Source: an uncultured bacterium
GTDB lineage: Bacteria; Patescibacteriota; Gracilibacteria; UBA1369; PNNO01
Assembly: GCA_963704705.1 (NCBI GenBank)
Contig: OY969931.1
Coordinates: 1 to 32,000, forward strand
Length of the DNA: 32,000 bases
Reading direction: 5' to 3'
Below are positions 24,748 to 32,000 of this stretch, in pieces; the stretch's first letter is position 1, and each line of letters begins with the position of its first letter. Made by a program: the position numbers and the translations under genes. The notes beneath the pieces are model-generated. The model did no database searches and had not been told where the DNA came from. It worked only from the letters and a program-made list of their open reading frames with translations.

Positions 24748-24776
24748 TTGTTAAACAAGAGACTTTTTTGTATTAT
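24748..24776 (+). promoter_or_regulatory. Candidate promoter of the giant fibre gene (TTGTTA-17-TATTAT)
   Basis: Hexamers read directly in the 241-nt AT-rich divergent intergenic region. Confidence 0.35.
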
Positions 24777-24831
24777 TGATTTGTGATCCTCCTGTTATTC
24801 TGTTCAGAAAAATTTCAATAAATTAAAATTT

Positions 24832-27800
24832 ATGTTTCTAGTAAAAAAAAGATTTTTAAAAACACTTATTTGTTTTTTGGTTATATTTCAGTGTGGACTA
24901 GTTTCAGCCATCCCTGCTGCTTTTGCCGCAACAAATATAGGTACAGATGTTACAACGGACGGTGATGTTAAAGCCGGAGACGGATCCTTTATCCTGCTTG
25001 GATCCCAACCCGATCCTGACCCGGCAGGGGTGAATGGTGCTATATATTACAATACAACAAACAGTAAATTTCGTTGTTACGAAAACAGTTCCTGGAAAGA
25101 CTGTATTGCTTCTGCGGCTTCTGTTGTTCTTTCTTCAATCGGTTCCGCGATAGTGGCGAATACAATAAATAACGGCGACTTCGCCCAGATATGGAATTGG
25201 TCGCTTACCACAGCGGATCAGATAGGACTAAATATTTCTGAAAATTTAGCTTCGACAGCAGGTGGGGATCCGCGCCTTTTGGGAATTTCCACTCTTGTTG
25301 GTTCAACCGCACAACCCTTACATATTGAAAATTTTGGCAATAACAACAGTATAAGTGTTGATGACGAGCCGGGTGATACCACGCCTTTTGTAGTAACAGA
25401 AACTGGGCAGGTCGGTGTCGGCACTTCTACTTTTAACGTAGCCAATACTGAAAAATTGAAAGTTGAATCCGAACCCGGATCTCAAAGAATCTCCGGCTTT
25501 TACGGGGATATCAATGCTCCCCAATATATAAGCATTCAAAACAGAAATTCTGGCATCAACGCCAGTTCAGCCATATCCTCAGTTTCTGATGACGGCACAA
25601 CATTTTCAAATTATATCACAACAGGTATTGCGTCGTCGGGTTTTGCAGACCCACTTTATTCGATTGCAGGTCCCCATGATGCATATATTTTTAATGTTGC
25701 TGATTTTTCAGGTACTGGAGGAGGAAATCTCGTTATTGGTACCGCAGAACCTAATAAGAGTATTAAATTTGCTACCGGAGGAGGCCTGGATGCCAGCAAC
25801 GAACGATTAAGAATCGATTCCCTTGGCAATGTTGGAATTGGCACAACAACTCCGGGATCAAAACTTGATGTTAACGGAGAGATAAGATTTTCAAATGCCG
25901 CATCGGATTATGTCGGATTCACAGCTCCGGCAGCAGTTACAACTTCAACAACTTATACTTTGCCGGTAGACGACGGAACCGGCGGTCAGGCTTTGGTAAC
26001 CGATGGTTCAGGCAATTTATCATGGGCATCCGCAACCAGCGTATGGCAAAGAATTGGTACAGTACTTTCGCCGTTAATCGCGGGTGACGATATTACAACC
26101 ACTGGTAACATTTCAGCAACCGGAACAGGAACAGTAACTTCAGCAGGATTATTAACCGGCAGCGGAGGCGCAGATATCAGCGGTGCTGACGTAGAAATAA
26201 ATAAAGACAGCAATTTTAACACTTATATAAATACAGGCACTTCAACCGGAACAGTTAATATTGGAAGCAGTTTGGCAGGAGCCGTTGTGATAGAAAGTGC
26301 ATCAACCGTTACTTTACAGGGCGGAGCCAATACAATTACTTCGCCTACAGGTGAAATAAAATTTCAGGCAGCAGATTCAGCCACTACAGGAGTTGTAAAG
26401 GTTGGAGATGGTGGGGCTGGTTCAACCACACCCGATATTTTGGCTCTTGACGTTAAAAGTGACGCAGGAGATCCGGTATTAGGTAGTAACGGATCAATGT
26501 ATTACAACGCAAATACAAATAAATTTCGCTGCTATGTAAACGGCTCATGGAGCAATTGCGCCAGCGCGGCACTAGACACAACAAGCGCTGCCGTAGCAGC
26601 TAATACAATAAATAACGGCGATAACGCACAAAGATGGAATTGGTCGCTGACCACAGCCAATAAAAAAGGTTTCACTTTTGGTGAAAATGTGGCGTCAACC
26701 GCCAGCGGAGCACCGGTAATATTGACCGCTTCGACCCTGGCTTCGTCAACAGCCATGCCTTTATTTGTGGAAAATTTAGGAAACGGAAACAGCTTCAGAG
26801 TTGACGATTCTTCAGGAGATACAACGCCGTTTTTAATAGATGAAAATGGTAACGTAGCTATAGGCAGTAATTCTTTTGACCCGGTTAATCCCGAAAGATT
26901 AAAAGTAGAGTCTGGGCCTACTTCATCATCCTCTGTTATCTCAGCTTATGGTGATATCGATGCGCCTCTTTATATTGAAGTTAGAGATAGAAATTCTGGA
27001 ACTTCTGCTGCCTCAGTTTTTGCAGCTACAGCTGATGATGGAGACACTGGAACCAATTATGCCGCAATGGGAATTGCTTCTTCTGGATTTAGCGATCCTA
27101 CCTATGGTATTGCAGTTCCGCATGATGCATTCCTTTTTAACGTTGGGGACTTTACTGGTACGCAAGGTGGAAATATGATAATTGGTACTGTAGAGCCGGG
27201 TATGAGTATTAAATTTATTACTGGTGGTGGCGCAGCTGCTACAAATGAACAGATGAGAATTGACGAAAACGGGTACGTGGGAATCAACACAACAACTCCG
27301 GGTTCTGAGCTTGATGTAAACGGAGAGATAAGATTTTCAAATGCCGCATCGGATTATGTCGGATTTGCAGCTCCGGCAGCAGTTACAACTTCAACGACAT
27401 ATACTTTGCCGGCTGATGACGGCTCAAGCGGGGATGCTTTGGTTACAGACGGTTCAGGCAACCTGTCGTGGATGGGAGCCTTACCTCCTCTTAAGAGGGT
27501 AGGTACAACCATTTCTCCGGTTAATGACGGCGACGACATTACTACCTCGGGGAATCTTTATACTACAGGAACCGGCACCATTACCTCAGCAGGTTTATTA
27601 ACAGGCAACGCAGGGGCTGAGATTTCCGGTGCTGTAACGAATATAAACAATAACAGCAATTTTAATACAACAATTAATAATGGCACATCAACAGGGTCAG
27701 TAACAATAGGTAACAGTTCGGCCGGGACAATAGATCTAACAAGTGGCGCAGCCCTTACTTTAAACGGCGGAGCAACTTCCGGCTTTTCAACAACAGCCGG

Positions 27801-30800
27801 AGATATAGCGCTACGACCAGCAGGAACAACAACAACAGCATATGTGAAAATAGGCGATGGAGGAGCTGGCTCAGCAACTCCGGATTTACTTGCCCTTGAT
27901 GTAAAATCAGACGCAGGTGATCCTGCCGGAACAAACGGAGCAATGTATTACAATGCAAATGCAAATAAATTCCGTTGTTATGTAAATGGTTCATGGAGCG
28001 ACTGCGATACAACAGGAGGCACAGCAAGTTTACAGAGCGCATATAATAATGGCCCGGGAATAACAACAGCAGGCGCAGCTGATATTGCTTTCACCTTAAC
28101 TTCAGGCAATTTTACAGCTACAGGCGCAGGCGCGGTTAATTTAACGCCTACCAGCGCTTCAAGCTTTAATTCAGGAGGCGCTTTAACTTTAACAGGAGGA
28201 GCAGCATCAACCTGGTCAACAAGTTCAGGAGCTTTAACAATTACTTCTGCAGCTGCCACTACATGGGGAACAGGCGCCGGGGATTTAACTTTGCAGGCAG
28301 CCGGTTCAGGTACAACAGCCAGTGTTAAAATAGGTGCAGGCGGCGCAGGCTCAACAACACCGGATTTATTTAGCGTTGATGTAAAATCAACTACAGGCGA
28401 TCCTGCAGGCGGATATAATGGCGCGATGTACTATAATGAGTTTGATAATCTTTTCCGCTGTTATGAAGCAGGAGGCTGGAAAAACTGTGGTTCATCAGCA
28501 GCTTCGGCAACCACTTTAGAACAGGCTTATACCGCAGGGCCAACTATAACCACTTCCGGCGCTGATGTTGCATTAATTCTAACTTCAGGCAACTTTACTG
28601 CTTCAGGCGCAGGTTCGGTTGATTTAACGCCGACCAGCGCATCAAGCTTTACTTCAGGCGGCGCATTAACTTTAACCGGTGGCGCGGCATCCAGCTGGAC
28701 AACCACAGCAGGAGCATTAACGATTGATGCGGGAACAACAACTCCGGATGCTCTAAATTTGGGCACAACAAACGCTACGGCGGTAAATATAGGCAATGCT
28801 GGTGCAGCCACGATCAACGCAGGGTCATTTCAGACAGGCAATGATTCAAACACCGGTTCGTTAAAAATAGCAGACGGTTCATCTAATTATATTACCTTAA
28901 TCTCACCGGCGATTGCCGCAGATTACACGTTAACTTTGCCGGCTGACGACGGCACCCCAAACCAGTTTTTATCTACTAATGGCAGTGGCATCTTGTCCTG
29001 GACAAATCCTGTGAATCCAATGACTACCGAAGGGGATATGGCCTATTATACTGCGGGAGCTCCAGCCAGATTGCCAATTGGTATTTCAGGAACGGTATTG
29101 AAATCTGATGGCACAGACCCTGCATGGACAGCTCTGACGAGTTCGGATGTAGGTCTTGGCAACGTAACGAACGATGCTCAGATTTCAAAATCAATCGGAA
29201 CGGCAAAAGGTGATTTAATCGCATACACCGCGAGTAATTCACCGGTAAGATTACCAGTAGGCGCCAACGGTCAATATCTTGTTGTCGATTCAGGTCAGGC
29301 TACAGGTGTAAAATGGTCAAGTCTAACTATCGGAAATGATTCTCTCGATTTTGCACAGTTGATCGACACAATGACAGTTGATGCAAACACTTCAATAGAT
29401 CTCGCGGGATTCAATTTCACGATAAATGATTTAACAGGAGGCGGAGCACTGGGCATATCAACTAATGCAGCAGCTTTAACTTTAACAGCAGGGGCAGCTT
29501 CAACCTGGTCAACTTCTTCAGGTGCATTAACAATTGATTCAGCAGCAGGATTAAACCTTGGAACAACAAATGCAACAGGTATAACAATAGGTAGTGCAGG
29601 CGTAGCTACGACCAACATAGGGTCGTTTCAAACAGGCAATGGGGCAAATACCGGTTCATTAAAAATAGCGGATGGTTCAACGAATTACATCACATTAACT
29701 TCACCTCCAATAGCTACGGATTACACATTAACTTTACCAATTAACACCGGAACAAACGGACAGGCTTTAACTACAAACGGTTCAGGCACATTATCATGGT
29801 CAACAATATTTACAGATCCAATGACAACCAGGGGAGATTTAGTATATAGGGACGCAACAAATACAACTACAAGACTGGGCAGAGGCACTGCCGGCCAGGT
29901 TTTAAAATCAGATGGAACAGATATTTCATGGCAAACATTAACAAATTCGGATGTCGGCCTGGGCAATGTAACAAATACAGCTCAGATTGCAAAATCAATC
30001 GGAACGGCAAAAGGAGATTTAATCGGATATAGTGCAAGCAACACTCCGGCCAGAGTACCTTTAGGGGCACTTAACGGTTATGTTTTAACTCAGGATTCAG
30101 CTTCTGCAGCCGGGGTTAAATGGGCTGCACCTTCTGTTATTGACGACTCACTCGATTTTGCGCAGTTCAGTGATTCAATGACGCTTGACGCAAGCACTTC
30201 AATAAATCTCGCGGGCCAAAATTTAACAATTAATGACGCGACAGGAGGCGGAGCATTAAAATTGGGCACCGTTGATACAACTGGCACGTTATTTGTTCTT
30301 GATACTAAAACAACCGCCGGAGATCCTACCGGCACCAACGGGGCGATGTATTATAACTCCAATTCAAATACAAGGCGCTGTTATGATAACGGAGCATGGA
30401 AAAATTGCGATGCCAACGTTGCCAATTATCTGTTTGCGTATGATACTACGGATCAAACCGTATTAAGTACTGGCGCATTTCAAACGATTACTTTTACCAA
30501 CCCTTCAGCGGTTGCAAGTGGCTGGACTTACAGCGCAGGTAATTTTACCGCTCCTGCAGCCGGCCTTTATCTAGTACAATATAATGCCGAAGTTGGCAGA
30601 GATAACAACGGGGATAGTACAGTTACGATTCGTGCTACAAAAAATGCTGCGGAAATAAGCGGCAGCGCAGCTTTTTCTTCTCCGTCCAAGGGTAATAGAC
30701 CGGTCAGATTAATGAATTCTTTCATGGTCAATTTGTCGGCAAGCGATTTGCTTCAACTTCAATTAACAGCAGACGGTACAGGACACAGTGTTGGCTTGTT

Positions 30801-30864
30801 TTCAAATAATGACTACGGTACAACTAAACCAAGAATAACCCTAACCATAACAAAATTAACTTAA
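24832..30864 (+). CDS. Giant (2010 aa) secreted repeat fibre protein with tail-fibre-like repeats and a C1q/BclA-like C-terminal globular domain
   Basis: Signal peptide. Two units of about 482 aa in tandem. Five copies of a 24-aa NG.MYYN....RCY..G.W..C module. Eight G..GQ.L..DG.G...W-type motifs. Two GD(L)(I/V)Y...RLP.G..G..L..D....GVKW units. C-terminal YLFAYDTTDQ...ITFTN...GNFTAPAAGLYLVQYN...ITLTITKLT jelly-roll pattern (nt 30421-30861). Confidence 0.9.
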   Translation: MFLVKKRFLKTLICFLVIFQCGLVSAIPAAFAATNIGTDVTTDGDVKAGDGSFILLGSQPDPDPAGVNGAIYYNTTNSKFRCYENSSWKDCIASAASVVLSSIGSAIVANTINNGDFAQIWNWSLTTADQIGLNISENLASTAGGDPRLLGISTLVGSTAQPLHIENFGNNNSISVDDEPGDTTPFVVTETGQVGVGTSTFNVANTEKLKVESEPGSQRISGFYGDINAPQYISIQNRNSGINASSAISSVSDDGTTFSNYITTGIASSGFADPLYSIAGPHDAYIFNVADFSGTGGGNLVIGTAEPNKSIKFATGGGLDASNERLRIDSLGNVGIGTTTPGSKLDVNGEIRFSNAASDYVGFTAPAAVTTSTTYTLPVDDGTGGQALVTDGSGNLSWASATSVWQRIGTVLSPLIAGDDITTTGNISATGTGTVTSAGLLTGSGGADISGADVEINKDSNFNTYINTGTSTGTVNIGSSLAGAVVIESASTVTLQGGANTITSPTGEIKFQAADSATTGVVKVGDGGAGSTTPDILALDVKSDAGDPVLGSNGSMYYNANTNKFRCYVNGSWSNCASAALDTTSAAVAANTINNGDNAQRWNWSLTTANKKGFTFGENVASTASGAPVILTASTLASSTAMPLFVENLGNGNSFRVDDSSGDTTPFLIDENGNVAIGSNSFDPVNPERLKVESGPTSSSSVISAYGDIDAPLYIEVRDRNSGTSAASVFAATADDGDTGTNYAAMGIASSGFSDPTYGIAVPHDAFLFNVGDFTGTQGGNMIIGTVEPGMSIKFITGGGAAATNEQMRIDENGYVGINTTTPGSELDVNGEIRFSNAASDYVGFAAPAAVTTSTTYTLPADDGSSGDALVTDGSGNLSWMGALPPLKRVGTTISPVNDGDDITTSGNLYTTGTGTITSAGLLTGNAGAEISGAVTNINNNSNFNTTINNGTSTGSVTIGNSSAGTIDLTSGAALTLNGGATSGFSTTAGDIALRPAGTTTTAYVKIGDGGAGSATPDLLALDVKSDAGDPAGTNGAMYYNANANKFRCYVNGSWSDCDTTGGTASLQSAYNNGPGITTAGAADIAFTLTSGNFTATGAGAVNLTPTSASSFNSGGALTLTGGAASTWSTSSGALTITSAAATTWGTGAGDLTLQAAGSGTTASVKIGAGGAGSTTPDLFSVDVKSTTGDPAGGYNGAMYYNEFDNLFRCYEAGGWKNCGSSAASATTLEQAYTAGPTITTSGADVALILTSGNFTASGAGSVDLTPTSASSFTSGGALTLTGGAASSWTTTAGALTIDAGTTTPDALNLGTTNATAVNIGNAGAATINAGSFQTGNDSNTGSLKIADGSSNYITLISPAIAADYTLTLPADDGTPNQFLSTNGSGILSWTNPVNPMTTEGDMAYYTAGAPARLPIGISGTVLKSDGTDPAWTALTSSDVGLGNVTNDAQISKSIGTAKGDLIAYTASNSPVRLPVGANGQYLVVDSGQATGVKWSSLTIGNDSLDFAQLIDTMTVDANTSIDLAGFNFTINDLTGGGALGISTNAAALTLTAGAASTWSTSSGALTIDSAAGLNLGTTNATGITIGSAGVATTNIGSFQTGNGANTGSLKIADGSTNYITLTSPPIATDYTLTLPINTGTNGQALTTNGSGTLSWSTIFTDPMTTRGDLVYRDATNTTTRLGRGTAGQVLKSDGTDISWQTLTNSDVGLGNVTNTAQIAKSIGTAKGDLIGYSASNTPARVPLGALNGYVLTQDSASAAGVKWAAPSVIDDSLDFAQFSDSMTLDASTSINLAGQNLTINDATGGGALKLGTVDTTGTLFVLDTKTTAGDPTGTNGAMYYNSNSNTRRCYDNGAWKNCDANVANYLFAYDTTDQTVLSTGAFQTITFTNPSAVASGWTYSAGNFTAPAAGLYLVQYNAEVGRDNNGDSTVTIRATKNAAEISGSAAFSSPSKGNRPVRLMNSFMVNLSASDLLQLQLTADGTGHSVGLFSNNDYGTTKPRITLTITKLT

Positions 30865-30870
30865 TATTAT

Positions 30871-31314
30871 ATGAAATCAAACCTTCTTAAATCCAAAAAA
30901 CTAAGTCTCGCAATTAAAATTGTAATAATTTTTATTATTGCTCTAGTTGTTCTTTTTGCAATTTATTTTGCACTTGATCGTGCCGGCGTTATTCAAACTT
31001 ACCAGCTCGGTCTTCAGACGCAGGAACAACAAACTATGCAGCAAGAAGATCAGATGGCATTGGAAAGTCTTAAAAAGATTATACTGTTACCTGATGATTT
31101 TGATCCAACAATAGCTGTTATTAAAGATGCTGAAGCTTTAAAACAAGAGCAGCCTGACTTTTTTGGAAATGCGAAAAATGGCGATCGTGTGATTATTTAT
31201 CCGGATACAGCAATAATTTATGATTATCAGGCAAATAAAATTATTAAAGTAGGGCCTGTGACAATGCAACCTGCGCCAACTGCAGAAGGTGAGAATACCG
31301 AAACACCTCAATAA
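30871..31314 (+). CDS. Single-pass membrane protein, unknown function
   Basis: N-terminal TM helix LAIKIVIIFIIALVVLFAIYFAL. Q-rich linker. Starts 6 nt after the giant gene stop. Confidence 0.7.
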   Translation: MKSNLLKSKKLSLAIKIVIIFIIALVVLFAIYFALDRAGVIQTYQLGLQTQEQQTMQQEDQMALESLKKIILLPDDFDPTIAVIKDAEALKQEQPDFFGNAKNGDRVIIYPDTAIIYDYQANKIIKVGPVTMQPAPTAEGENTETPQ

Positions 31315-31316
31315 AT

Positions 31317-32000
31317 ATGAAAAAATTTACAGCATTATTCGCGATTATATTTTTTTTATCGTCGACTGTAGCTTTCGCTATCAACGACGTTACCATTACG
31401 GATGTCACAAATTTTGATTTAAATACCGCGGATACAGCGGCAGCAACAACAATCACTGCTGCAACAGGCGGTGTCGCAACAAATCTTTATGTTGAATCAA
31501 ATTATATTGATATTACAATCGACAACCTTTCTGCAATCACTTTTAATACAACCGTTGGTGGAAATTATTTGAAGATCACAAAAGTTTCAGGTTCAAGTGA
31601 TTACACGCTTGTTCCAACATGTCCAACAACGACCGCGACAATTACCGGCACAGGAGCTCAGGTGGTTTTGCGTCTACAGGTTTATACAACAGACCAATGT
31701 ACTGTCGTTGTTCCGCCATCAGGAGGCGGCGGCGGTGGCGGTGGAGGTATTATAAACACTCCTGGAGAATCTGTTTTGAGCTCCCCTTTTATAGACATTG
31801 ATGGGCACTGGGCGGAAGCATACATAAACAAGGTGTATAACCTCGGATATGTTCAGGGATATGAAGACAACACCTTCAAACCCGATCAATACATTACGCG
31901 TGCTGAAGCAGCCAAGTTGATTGCTCTATGGTTTGATAAAAATATAACCAACGCTTCTTGTTTAGCAGATTTCTATTCAGATGTGTCATGTGACGAATGG
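31317..32000 (+). CDS. Secreted SLH-domain protein (3' end outside the window)
   Basis: Not in the ORF track because it runs off the window. Translated by eye: MKKFTALFAIIFFLSSTVAFA signal, Gly9 linker, then FIDIDGHWAEAYINKVYNLGYVQGYEDNTFKPDQYITRAEAAKLIA, a typical S-layer-homology motif. Confidence 0.75.
   Translation, partial: MKKFTALFAIIFFLSSTVAFAINDVTITDVTNFDLNTADTAAATTITAATGGVATNLYVESNYIDITIDNLSAITFNTTVGGNYLKITKVSGSSDYTLVPTCPTTTATITGTGAQVVLRLQVYTTDQCTVVVPPSGGGGGGGGGIINTPGESVLSSPFIDIDGHWAEAYINKVYNLGYVQGYEDNTFKPDQYITRAEAAKLIALWFDKNITNASCLADFYSDVSCDEW

Noticed and set aside
21504-24830. The idea that the decarboxylase operon is an ssrA 3'-integrated genomic island
   Set aside because: I found no integrase, no direct repeat of the ssrA 3' end (GGTTCGACTCCCGG occurs once), and host-like composition and SD-less starts.
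25218-30338. More than a dozen 60-107-aa minus-strand and off-frame ORFs inside the giant gene
   Set aside because: All are nested in the 6-kb plus-strand ORF. They are low-complexity shadows of its A/G/T/S-rich repeats.
31722-31748. GGA/GGC/GGT simple repeat
   Set aside because: It is an in-frame Gly9 linker of the SLH protein, not a regulatory or slippage-prone homopolymer. The codons are mixed.
1-32000. CRISPR arrays, transposases or integrases, tRNA or rRNA genes, and alternative genetic code
   Set aside because: No spaced identical direct repeats or recombinase motifs were seen. The only tRNA-like T-arm belongs to the tmRNA. Long uninterrupted ORFs in the standard code argue against stop-codon reassignment.

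Overview
This is a 32-kb chromosomal segment from a low-GC bacterium. Its native genes lack Shine-Dalgarno boxes, and many secreted proteins end in a C-terminal TM helix plus a polybasic tail. My unverified guess is a Patescibacteria/CPR-like or other monoderm lineage. All domain calls were made by eye from motifs; no database or HMM search was run.

Layout:
- 1-11.5 kb: a co-oriented cell-surface island. It holds a truncated large surface protein and three paralogous beta-sandwich proteins with C-terminal TM anchors. It also holds a small T/S/A/G-rich secreted protein, a protein with FN3-like, 7x Myxococcus-type Cys-rich repeat and dockerin regions, an orphan RelB/DinJ-like RHH gene, and a 1035-aa protein with cohesin-like, Cys-repeat and TSP3-like regions and a TM anchor.
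- 11.6-14.8 kb: an M50 site-2 protease, a lipoprotein, and an extracytoplasmic disulfide module (CcdA-like, Trx-like lipoprotein, VKOR).
- 15.1-19.45 kb: dnaN and mfd.
- 19.45-21.09 kb: a compositionally foreign stretch with its own sigma70 promoters, SD boxes and terminator. It encodes a GC3-saturated 8-strand OMP-like protein and a small basic Cys-motif protein.
- 21093-21503: tmRNA (ssrA).
- 21.5-24.6 kb: a two-gene operon of a group IV PLP decarboxylase and an uncharacterised 612-aa internally duplicated protein.
- 24.8-32 kb: a 2010-aa repeat-rich fibre protein with tail-fibre-like repeats and a C1q/BclA-like C-terminal head, a small membrane protein, and a truncated SLH-domain protein.

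No rRNA, tRNA, CRISPR, transposase or integrase was seen. The most unusual items are the foreign cassette beside ssrA, a recurring 37-nt intergenic motif, the decarboxylase operon, the giant fibre, and the adjacent dockerin and cohesin-like genes.
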